Assembly (NCBI GenBank): GCA_963555755.3
Contig: OY820905.2
Span: 96,001-160,000, forward strand
Reading direction: 5' to 3'
Source: Nitrospirales bacterium
GTDB taxonomy: Bacteria; Nitrospirota; Nitrospiria; Nitrospirales; UBA8639
Length of the DNA stretch: 64,000 nt
Part shown: piece after piece, positions 30,522 to 39,183 of the stretch
Layout: every line of letters begins with the position of its first letter
Position numbering within the stretch: position 1 is the first letter of the stretch
Notes under the pieces: generated by a model
Databases searched by the model: none
Told to the model about the DNA's origin: nothing
What the model saw: only the letters and a program-made list of their open reading frames with translations
Program-made: the position numbers and the translations under genes

Positions 30522-30610
30522 CCGCGCGTGCGTCAAAGCGTTCCGTTAACTCTCCAGACCTGTAGATTTATTTCCCCTCTTGTCCCCTTCATCCCAACCT
30601 TCTTACATTA

Positions 30611-30751
30611 GGGCACCTCTAAAAACCAGGCATTTTTTGTGAGGGCAAGGAAGCCGCGCGCGGAAAACCGGAGTGTATGGGCGAATACATGAGGATTTGA
30701 GCACGCGACTGACGCCGCCATCACGGAAAAGGACGGTTTTTAGAGGTGCCC
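30611..30751. mobile_element. MITE family B (141 bp)
   Basis: gggcacctctaaaaacc / ggtttttagaggtgccc with ATTA duplication. Confidence 0.9.
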
Positions 30752-30810
30752 ATTATTGTTCCGCCGGTGATGGTGAAAGTTCGCTGACATCGAGTAGGAC
30801 CCCTTAAGGT

Positions 30811-31257
30811 TTACTGTTCGAAGCGTAGCGGACATTGCACGAATGTTTGCCACACGTCCTCAATACATGTGAGGATCAAAAGCCAATCTTGGCAACTGTC
30901 CGGTTTGTTGAAAAAGAAACACGTTCGGTCGAAGGAATAGGCCTCAATCGTCTCTTTGTCCTGGTCAGACCGGGTCAGGACAACCACGGGAATATGTGCC
31001 AGAGTATCATCCCTCCTTATCTCATCCAGGAATTCTCGTCCTGTCATTCCAGACAAGTCCAAATCTAGGAAAATAAGGTCGGGTTTGGGAGCATCGAGAT
31101 AGGGGTGCTTTTGATGGAGAAAGGCGAGTGCTTGGCCACTGTCCTCGGTCTGCTCAATATTGACCGAAATAATTTGCCCGACCGAAATCGCTTCTTTTAG
31201 ACACTCCACTTCATAGTGGTCTTCTTCAACCATCAATATGTTTATGTCTCGTTTCAT
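30811..31257 (-). CDS. Single-domain response regulator (Rcp1-like)
   Basis: PDLIFLDLDL...GREFL...IPVVVLT...KP. Confidence 0.88.
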   Translation of the reverse strand: MKRDINILMVEEDHYEVECLKEAISVGQIISVNIEQTEDSGQALAFLHQKHPYLDAPKPDLIFLDLDLSGMTGREFLDEIRRDDTLAHIPVVVLTRSDQDKETIEAYSFDRTCFFFNKPDSCQDWLLILTCIEDVWQTFVQCPLRFEQ

Positions 31258-31505
31258 CGCGGCATGACGTTTTCGTTTTAATTGCCGGGCTCAAGATCAT
31301 GGAACGTTTGTTCGATAGTATTTTCGGTAGCACAATTTTTTACATGAAAAACCGTTCCATCTAAAAAGAATCAAATCAAACAGAGATGAAACGTGACATT
31401 CGTAGGGGTTCATTTGTCTAGAGACACGAACGCGCTACTGGATCTTTGCTGAAATAGGGCCAAAGAACGGTTACTCCACCGACGATTGTAGAAAGGATAC
31501 ACCCA

Positions 31506-32441
31506 GTGCAAACGAAATTTCTCCAGTCTTTGAAGTATTGTCGGACCCTCCCATCCATACCCGTGTTGGCCATACAAATCCTGTCGATGTGTCAAGACTC
31601 CAAGGCCGATTCCAAAAAGATGGCCGAACTTATCAGCCACGATCCGGCTTTTGCGGCAAAATTACTCAGCCTGGCCAACTCCGGGTTTTATGCGCGAATT
31701 CAACATCGGATTACCAGCCTCACCCAGGGTGTCACCCTCTTAGGTCGAGATGCGGTAGCCGTTCTTGCCTTTAGTTTTTCGTTGTATCGAAACTTACGTG
31801 GTGAAGAATTCGGCAGTTTTGATCATCAACGGTTCTGGCGCCGGTCAATTTTGGCCAGCATCGCTGGACGGGCCATTGCCAAACACGCGTCATCTGAGAA
31901 CTATGAAGAGGTGTTTCTCGGCGCACTGCTCCAAGATATCGGGATGTTGGCCTTGAGTGTGGTTTCGGCAGATGACTATCCTCGAGTGGTGAAGGATGCC
32001 ACACACAGTCATCATCGCTTGCAAGAGTTGGAACAGCAACAGTTTGGCACTGATCATGTGGAGGTTGGTGTGTGGTTGGCCAACGAGTGGAAATTGCCAG
32101 AAGTGTTCCAAGAGGCGATACGCCAGAGTCATTACCTACATGGAACAGAACCACTAGAAGAGCACAGTCAAATCGTGAAATATGTTGCGCTGTCGGGCAC
32201 CATCGCCGATATTTGGTGTTGGCCAGAAACTGACCAGGCCGTGCGTGAGGCAATGTCGGGCATTCAGGCACTCTTGAATGAAGGAGGAGAGGTGTTAGAG
32301 CCAATTCTGACCGAGATTGCCGAAAGCATTCCCATGATCTCTGCCTTGTTTGAAATTGACTTAGGGGCTCCTGAGGAAATCCAACAGACACTCCAAAAGG
32401 CCAAAGAGGTGCTTCTGAACACTAGTGGGGCCGAGTGTTGA
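31506..32441 (+). CDS. HDOD domain protein
   Basis: LPSIP, DPAFAAKLLSLANS, FWRRS, LLQDIG, DHVEVG...WKLP. Confidence 0.9.
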   Translation: MQTKFLQSLKYCRTLPSIPVLAIQILSMCQDSKADSKKMAELISHDPAFAAKLLSLANSGFYARIQHRITSLTQGVTLLGRDAVAVLAFSFSLYRNLRGEEFGSFDHQRFWRRSILASIAGRAIAKHASSENYEEVFLGALLQDIGMLALSVVSADDYPRVVKDATHSHHRLQELEQQQFGTDHVEVGVWLANEWKLPEVFQEAIRQSHYLHGTEPLEEHSQIVKYVALSGTIADIWCWPETDQAVREAMSGIQALLNEGGEVLEPILTEIAESIPMISALFEIDLGAPEEIQQTLQKAKEVLLNTSGAEC

Positions 32442-32645
32442 CCAGGATAGACCCAAACCTTTCCCTAATCCTTCCTTTTTCGGTGTACCTCTTTGCGACA
32501 GAAATCCCCCGGTAGAGCCAAGTTTGCCTCATTTTTTTTGCTGGCGTATGATTTTTTCCTGTGTGTGTGTTGAGAGTAGGCGGTGGCTGCTCAAGTATGA
32601 TATTGTCCACGGTCCCAAAGTTAGTCACCAAAGGAGAATGATAGA

Positions 32646-33899
32646 ATGGCAATCGTACAACCCTTTCGTGCCCTGAGGCCTAAACCTGAATTAGCAGCCC
32701 AGGTCGCTGCGCCGCCCTATGACGTTGTATCCTTGGAAGAGGCGCGGAAGGTAGCCGAAGGCAATCCGTATTGTTTCCTTCGGGTGGGACGAGCGGAGTT
32801 GGAATTGCCTGATGGTGTCGATCCCTATTCAACTGAAGTCTATGAAAGAGGAGCCGCCAACCTTCAAGGTTTGATGAAAGACGGTGTCATGGCCCAGGAA
32901 TCGCAACCCGTGTTTGGGGTCTATAGACAGCGCTGGGGCAAACACGAGCAAACGGGGTTGGTCGCACTGGCGTCCGTGGATGAATACGATCGTGGGATTA
33001 TCAAAAAACATGAACTCACACGTCCTGTGAAGGAGAATGATCGGGTTCGAATCATTGAAACCCATGAGTCTCAATCCGGGCCGGTGTTGCTGTTTTTCCG
33101 GCGCACGGCAAAATTCCAAGGTTGGCTCAAAAAGGTCATGGCCACCGCACCAGATTCACAGTTCATCGCCGAGAATGGGGTGGAACATACCGTGTGGAGC
33201 CTGCGAGACCAGGCTGCGGTTCAAACGATCATCGATGATTTTCAAGATGTTGACGCGTTGTATATTGCCGATGGGCACCATCGTTCGGCCGCTGCCAGTC
33301 GGGTTCGAGCTGCCTGGGCCAAAGATAATGCGAGGTCATCACATAAGCATGAAGAAGGATTTCTGTCCGTCATCTTTCCACATGACGAATTGCAAATCTT
33401 GCCGTACAACCGTGTGGTGCGGGATTTACATGGCCGCACTCCCAAACAATTTCTTGACGCATTGGCCTCTTACTATGATGTGCAGCCTACGACGAACCCA
33501 GGTGATGCGCCGGAGGCCGGGTTTGATATGTATCTGGAAGGTCAATGGCATCGCGCCACTCCAAAATTTACACCAGAACAACGGTCTGCAATGAAGAATG
33601 ATCCCGTAAGCGCGTTGGCTGTGTCAGTCTTAACTGATCGCGTGTTGGGCCCTCTGTTGGGGATTAACGATCAGCGCTCTGATCCGGGGATCGATTTCGT
33701 CGGAGGGGTGCGCCCGCCCAAAGAGTTAGCGGCGAAGGTGGATGGCGGAGAGTGGGCCGTTGGGTTTTGGTTGTACCCGACGACTGTTGAGGAGCTTATG
33801 GCTGTATCCGATGCCGACCGCATCATGCCGCCAAAAAGCACATGGTTCGAACCCAAACTTCGGGACGGCTTGTTTGTGCATTTGTTACGGGATAGCTAG
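32646..33899 (+). CDS. DUF1015 family protein
   Basis: PPYDVV, IKKHELT, YIADGHHRSA, MPPKSTWFEPKLRDG. Confidence 0.93.
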   Translation: MAIVQPFRALRPKPELAAQVAAPPYDVVSLEEARKVAEGNPYCFLRVGRAELELPDGVDPYSTEVYERGAANLQGLMKDGVMAQESQPVFGVYRQRWGKHEQTGLVALASVDEYDRGIIKKHELTRPVKENDRVRIIETHESQSGPVLLFFRRTAKFQGWLKKVMATAPDSQFIAENGVEHTVWSLRDQAAVQTIIDDFQDVDALYIADGHHRSAAASRVRAAWAKDNARSSHKHEEGFLSVIFPHDELQILPYNRVVRDLHGRTPKQFLDALASYYDVQPTTNPGDAPEAGFDMYLEGQWHRATPKFTPEQRSAMKNDPVSALAVSVLTDRVLGPLLGINDQRSDPGIDFVGGVRPPKELAAKVDGGEWAVGFWLYPTTVEELMAVSDADRIMPPKSTWFEPKLRDGLFVHLLRDS

Positions 33900-34010
33900 A
33901 TTATTTTAGATTCCGTGAATCGTTTCGTTCCTTGATGTTTCAGAGGATGCGGCCATTCCCTCCATTGTTTGACCCTCCCTACGTTTCACTTTTCGTCTTT
34001 ATCCTTATCT

Positions 34011-34206
34011 GGGAATGTTGAAAAAGTTTGTCAGCGGGGTTCCTTCGAAGTCAGAAGCAAAGCCTGGTGTGAAAGTATGAAAGAAAAACCCAAAGGGGAT
34101 TGGACCGCCACCGAAGCTACAGATTTTGCCAAACACTGTTTGTTAGACCTTGGAGAATAAACAAGGGCTTAGTTTCGAGAAGTTTTGAGTTTTTTAACAC
34201 CTTCTT
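34011..34206. mobile_element. Degenerate IS-end remnant/MITE
   Basis: gggaatgttgaaaaag left end, like family A; gtttttttaacaccttc right end. Confidence 0.5.
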
Positions 34207-34283
34207 AGGTCCCACAAACCCGTGTATAATTTCTTGAAATAAATGGTTGAACGCAACCCCGTAAAAGAGGTGATCGGTTAGCC

Positions 34284-35249
34284 GTGTTGGAGTATTTGAA
34301 CCTAGAAACGGCAATTGGGCGCAAAAAAGCCGTGTAAGCTATTGGTGTGCATGGTGAAATAAAAAAAGTCGTGGTCACCTTAGGGTTCGCGCAAGAATAC
34401 CTTCCCCGGTTTGGGCGTCGATCCATCCCGCCTGGCGGCGTTGCTCGTCCTTTCCATACGAGGAGTATGCGCAGTCCTCGCGCCTTGCCAGACAGGTGTC
34501 TCAGCACCCAAACCGGGGAAGGTATTCTTGCGCGAACCCTTAGTGGTGATGAGACATTTTTTTATTTTGCGAGGAGCCTGTCCGAGATTAGCGATCGTGA
34601 CGAGGGGGTGCTGGGTTGGGTCAGATGTTTCGATCGTTTGAGGCGAATAGTGGTGACTATTTAACGAAAAGGATCGAAAGATCTGGCCAAACCCAGCGCA
34701 CCCGCAGTAGATCTGTCTAATCTTGGACAGGCTCCTAGGTGCGCCAAGAGTTTGCGCGGACTTTTGTGATCCAACTGCGGTTTCTAGGTTGAAGACTGAA
34801 GAGGATTCGCGCCGAATCGGGGATCGCTTTAATGGGTTCCACGATGGGTTCATTCATACACTCATCCTTCGGTCCCACGATGCGTTTGAACAGGAGGGCA
34901 CGGAGGTGACAGATATTGTGCATCAACTGACCGGTCGTTTCGATGTGCGACTGGATATCGCCCACTACAACTATGACCAAGGAATTCAGCCGCATGATCG
35001 AATCGTGAGGTGTTTATTTAAAAATGTGCAGATTTTTGCTTGGACTTACGATCCAGAAAATCCTACGAATGGCCCATTAAAAATATGGAAATGACCGCTG
35101 GAACCCATGTGCAGGAGTCGGGAGAACCTGAATCCTGTTTTTCTTTGAACATTCTCTGGAGTAAACTCGTCGATCAGTCGTGGGAGGTGTACACACAACA
35201 GCTTCTGACGTTTCAGGAGGCTGAATTTGAAGAGCGAACCGTTTCTTGA
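34284..35249 (+). pseudogene. Hypothetical protein interrupted at codon 6 by the composite MITE; further frameshift near 35030
   Basis: Removing 34300-34792 restores GTG-LEYLKTEEDSRRIGDRFNGFHDG; RBS gaggtg upstream. Confidence 0.7.
34300..34789. mobile_element. Composite MITE: family C carrying nested family D (34383-34539) and family E (34573-34735)
   Basis: TGA duplication outside; TTA duplication around D; comparison with the empty copy at 24883-25047. Confidence 0.9.
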
Positions 35250-35578
35250 TTGCGCAATAGCCATTGCCTTACCACGTGCCTTTTCCCCTTTGCATGTCGT
35301 ACCCTAGTTGGATGCCGATTCCGCATTGCTTCGCGAATTGTGTAATCAATCTCCGGTGTTCGACATTGTCTTGAATCCGGTTCCCGTGACGGTGTCAGTC
35401 GAGACGGTGTAAGAAGGATTTGAATCTTTTCGTGTCAATGACAGGGCACTGGCCTTACTATCATGGTGGGGCCCGTGCCACCGTTCCAATCTCGTTTCTC
35501 TCATTTTTCTTTCTGACATTTTTAGTGCGAAACCTTTTTCAATTAGAATTCTTTCAGGTACGCGTATTGAGGCTTTGC

Positions 35579-35608
35579 TTGACAAAGGGTACCAACCTTC
35601 CCTAGAGT
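35579..35608 (+). promoter_or_regulatory. Sigma70-like promoter of the B12 operon
   Basis: TTGACA-N18-TAGAGT just upstream of the riboswitch. Confidence 0.6.
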
Positions 35609-35629
35609 TCTAACCCAACATCGATACAT

Positions 35630-35783
35630 GAGGCACGGGTGCAGGGAAGAAGGTGTAACTCCTTCGCGGTCCCGCCGCTGTAACTGGAAACGAACCCCGC
35701 AGATGCCACTGTCAAAGACTTAGTTTTTGATGGGAAGGCGCGGGAAGTAGGTTAGGATCCAGAAGCCAGAAGACCTACCCGAG
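35630..35783 (+). ncRNA. Cobalamin riboswitch
   Basis: agggaa-ggtg, cccgccgctgtaa, gccactg, gggaaggc and agccagaagacct (B12 box). Confidence 0.92.
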
Positions 35784-35809
35784 CTGAGAATGTTGTTGTC
35801 GCCCATTGG

Positions 35810-36943
35810 GTGGACAACAGGATTCATGACCTTCGATCCCTCGGGCCTGGGGAGCGGGTGAGGATGAAGAAGCGGGTGCAATCCTCAGGGTCTTTTTGGC
35901 CTTGGGGATTTTTTATTTTGGCTGGTTTTACCTGTTCGCTCCTCTTTCCTGTTTCAAGAATACGGAACCGTTTCCCTCTCCTTATTCTTGCATGCCTGCC
36001 TCTTACTCTGCTTATCTTGCTAGTCTGTGAGCCTCTTTTTGGATTTTCTGATCAATCGGGTGCCATGAAACGTCGTCAACAGGGAATTCTCACCGGGATG
36101 CCATTTATGGCCAATGTGGCCCCGCGGACGTTTGTCGATGATACCGGGCGAAAAATTTATTTAGCCAAAACACCGAAGCGGGTGGTTTCCCTGGCCCCCA
36201 GCATTACCGAGATCTTATTTGCGATTGGCGCGGGGGACTCGGTCGTGGGCGTGACGGAATTTTGCGATTACCCACCTGAGGCCTTGACCAAAACCCAAGT
36301 GGGAGATTCCCGTCCCAATCTTGAAGCCATTCTTGCCTTAGAGCCTGATCTCGTGTTGGCCATGGAGGTCATTCGAGATGACGTGCTGAAAACGCTTCAG
36401 CAACTCAAGATCCCGTTGTATATTTTGGAAGCGAAATCCCTTGAGCATGTGTATGCGCATATCAAAACTCTTGGACGCATGTTACATCGGGTCCAGGAGG
36501 CTAATGCCTTGGCGCATTCCATGCGTCAAGACATTCAGGCTATTGGGGATCGAACCAGCTCATTGCCGAAACCGCGTGTTCTCTACGTGCTCTATTCTCA
36601 ACCATTTATTACCGTTGGGCCAGGGAGTTTTATCCATCAACTTCTGGAGTTCGCCGGAGGCGACAATATTGCGAAGGATGTTGGGCAAGCCTATCCGCGT
36701 CTCAGTATGGAAGTCGTGATGCAAAAGGATCCTGAAATTCTCTTGTTCCCTTCAATGGGTGGGAAAGGATCTCTAGAATCTGACAAGGATCAATGGACGC
36801 GGTGGGACACGATGACGGCCGTGAAGAACGATCGTCTTCATTTTGTCCCGTGGGCATTGATTAGTAGGCCGGGGCCGAGGCTCGTTCAAGGTCTGGCCGC
36901 GCTGGCAAAAGTCATTCATCCTGAAAAATTTCAGGGGAACTGA
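35810..36943 (+). CDS. btuF: Cobalamin ABC transporter substrate-binding protein (true start probably further downstream)
   Basis: RVVSLAPSITEILFAIGAG, GVTEFCDYP, RPGPRL. Confidence 0.88.
   Translation: MDNRIHDLRSLGPGERVRMKKRVQSSGSFWPWGFFILAGFTCSLLFPVSRIRNRFPLLILACLPLTLLILLVCEPLFGFSDQSGAMKRRQQGILTGMPFMANVAPRTFVDDTGRKIYLAKTPKRVVSLAPSITEILFAIGAGDSVVGVTEFCDYPPEALTKTQVGDSRPNLEAILALEPDLVLAMEVIRDDVLKTLQQLKIPLYILEAKSLEHVYAHIKTLGRMLHRVQEANALAHSMRQDIQAIGDRTSSLPKPRVLYVLYSQPFITVGPGSFIHQLLEFAGGDNIAKDVGQAYPRLSMEVVMQKDPEILLFPSMGGKGSLESDKDQWTRWDTMTAVKNDRLHFVPWALISRPGPRLVQGLAALAKVIHPEKFQGN
35880..35919 (+). terminator. Hairpin plus U-tract downstream of the riboswitch
   Basis: aatcctcagggtc / ggccttggggatt followed by ttttattttg. 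Confidence 0.6.
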
Positions 36944-36960
36944 CAGAGCGTGAAAACCCA

Positions 36961-38079
36961 TTGAGTACTCACACTTCCAATCAACAAGTCGATGCCCTTC
37001 AGTTACACAATGTGGAAACGAAGGGTGGAACCATTGCATACCTTTCAGCCATTCGCTGGTTCACGAGCCTCTCAGTGTTGGGACTCTTCAGTGTGTTGAT
37101 CGGTGTGGGCTGTTTAACCGTGGGGGCTCAACCAATAAGTTTTGAAACAGTTCTCCAAATAGTAGGTATGGTGCTGCAAGAAGGTCGAGTTGATCATGAG
37201 TCCGCGGGTGTTTCTGGAGTGATCCTGTTACAAGTTCGCTTTCCGCGTATCGTGTTGGCATTTTTCGTTGGGGGATCCTTGGCTGCTGTGGGGGTTGGAT
37301 TACAAGCTCTTCTGCGGAATCCATTAGCGGAGCCGTATGTCTTGGGGATATCAAGTGGTGCGGCCTTTGGCGCGACGCTGGGCATTCTTTTCGGTCTTGG
37401 CGGAACCGTCATGGGCCTTTCGGTTCTTCCGGTTTGGGCCTTTCTTGGTGGGCTTCTTTCTATCCTCGTGGTGTATCGAATAAGCGTCACGTATCGAATG
37501 TTGTCCGTGCATACCCTGTTGTTGGCAGGCGTCATTCTCAATGCGCTTTTTTCGGCATTAATCATGTTTGCGATCTCAATTGCTGACCCGAGTCGGGCGT
37601 TCAAAATGATGATGTGGTTGATGGGCACGTTAATTGCTGTAGAGTATTCCACCCTGCTTTGGCTTGGCGTGTTTTTGGGAGTTGGGGGCCTCCTGTTGTT
37701 CTGGTTAGCTCGCCCCCTCAATATCCTGACCATGGGAGAAGAAACAGCAAGGGCTTTAGGGGTTGAAATTGAACGAGTAAAAAAACTCATCTTTGTGGTT
37801 GCCGCATTAATGACGGGCGCCGTCGTTTCCATTGCCGGGCTGATCGGGTTTGTCGGAATGGTGGTGCCTCACGCGGTGCGAATGATTGTGGGGGCAGACC
37901 ATCGTCTCCTTTTGCCGGCTTCTGCGTTGGTGGGAGGTATGTTCCTCATGGTTGCCGATACCGTTGCTCGCACGGTGTTGGCACCAACAGAATTGCCAGT
38001 TGGAGTGGTGACCGCCCTCGTTGGAGGCCCCATCTTTCTATATTTGTTAGTGAAACGTCGGGCTGGAGTCGCACTGTGA
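36961..38079 (+). CDS. btuC: Cobalamin ABC transporter permease
   Basis: RNPLAEPYVLGISSGA, IGFVGMVVPH, ELPVGVVTALVGGP. Confidence 0.9.
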   Translation: MSTHTSNQQVDALQLHNVETKGGTIAYLSAIRWFTSLSVLGLFSVLIGVGCLTVGAQPISFETVLQIVGMVLQEGRVDHESAGVSGVILLQVRFPRIVLAFFVGGSLAAVGVGLQALLRNPLAEPYVLGISSGAAFGATLGILFGLGGTVMGLSVLPVWAFLGGLLSILVVYRISVTYRMLSVHTLLLAGVILNALFSALIMFAISIADPSRAFKMMMWLMGTLIAVEYSTLLWLGVFLGVGGLLLFWLARPLNILTMGEETARALGVEIERVKKLIFVVAALMTGAVVSIAGLIGFVGMVVPHAVRMIVGADHRLLLPASALVGGMFLMVADTVARTVLAPTELPVGVVTALVGGPIFLYLLVKRRAGVAL

Positions 38080-38894
38080 AAAAAACATCTGGACAACCCT
38101 TGGCCTTTGATGTTCGGGAGCTATCCTTTCGATACGATCTTTCTCCCGAGCGTGGTTGGGCCCTCAAAAATTTTCATTGTTCGATCGAGGCTGGAACGAT
38201 TGTTGGCGTGATTGGCCCCAATGGATCAGGGAAGACCTCATTGCTCAAACTATTGATGGGGCTCTTACCTCCAGAGTCTGGAGCAGTTCAATTATTTGGA
38301 CAAGACCTTAGGACATTGTCGCCGGCAAAGATTGCACAACAAATTGCCTTCGTTCCTCAGGAGACTTCCCAAGTGTTTCCTTTCACTTTAGGCGAATTGG
38401 TCCTCATGGGACGGTTTCCCTTTCATCAACCATTTGACGGATGGGGCTGGGATTCATTTGCAGATGTTCAACGTGCTACACAGGCCATGCAGGACATGGA
38501 GATTGAATCGTTGGCCGATCGTATGATTTCAGAAGTGTCGGGCGGTGAACGGCAACGCGCGATGATTGCACGCGCGTTGACGCAGGATCCCCAGATTTTG
38601 CTGCTCGATGAACCCACGGCATTTCTAGATCTCCACCACCAACTCGATATTGCTCGGAAGCTTCGACAATTGAATCAGGATCGTGGGTTAACGGTGATTA
38701 TGGTGTCTCATGACTTAAACCTTGTGAGTCAGTGTTGTGATCAATTGTTTTTGTTGCACCAAGGAGAAATTGCCCAAAAGGGTTCCCCCAGTGATGTCAT
38801 CAAATCCGAGGTTCTTGAATCGGTCTATCGGTGTCAGGTGCTTGTGGATCAGCATCCGCATTCGAATGCGCCACGAGTGACGTTGCCAGTGTGA
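38076..38894 (+). CDS. btuD: Cobalamin ABC transporter ATPase
   Basis: GPNGSGKT, SGGERQR, LLDEPT. Confidence 0.88.
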   Translation: MKKTSGQPLAFDVRELSFRYDLSPERGWALKNFHCSIEAGTIVGVIGPNGSGKTSLLKLLMGLLPPESGAVQLFGQDLRTLSPAKIAQQIAFVPQETSQVFPFTLGELVLMGRFPFHQPFDGWGWDSFADVQRATQAMQDMEIESLADRMISEVSGGERQRAMIARALTQDPQILLLDEPTAFLDLHHQLDIARKLRQLNQDRGLTVIMVSHDLNLVSQCCDQLFLLHQGEIAQKGSPSDVIKSEVLESVYRCQVLVDQHPHSNAPRVTLPV

Positions 38895-38957
38895 GGAGGA
38901 TTTTTCCCTCTCATGTTTCTTTAATCATTAACGAAAGGAACGGGATCGAAAAGTAAA

Positions 38958-39140
38958 AACGGTATGTGTCGGGGAAGATGGTGAAAATCCATCACGGTGC
39001 CGCCACTGTAAGCGGGGAGTAACTCTGCAGGAAAGCCACTGGCCATAGATGTTATGCGTGAGAGGTTGTTCTCACCTACGCGCATAGGCTGGGAAGGCGC
39101 AGGGAAGTGATGATCCGCAAGTCAGGAGACCCAACAGCCG
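38958..39140 (+). ncRNA. Cobalamin riboswitch (second)
   Basis: ggggaagatggtgaaaatcc, gccgccactgtaa, gccactgg, ctgggaaggc, agtcaggagacc. Confidence 0.92.
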
Positions 39141-39183
39141 TTGACTTCTCAACCCACCCTTCGAGCCAAAGGGAGGTCGATGT

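Noticed and set aside
34205..34853. ORFs of 76-157 aa over the composite MITE (likewise 24818-25292, 48534-48887, 51365-51700)
   Set aside because: Chance frames through palindromic repeats
35280..35480. Possible ncRNA (6S-like) upstream of the B12 promoter
   Set aside because: No convincing long terminal stem or conserved motif found by eye
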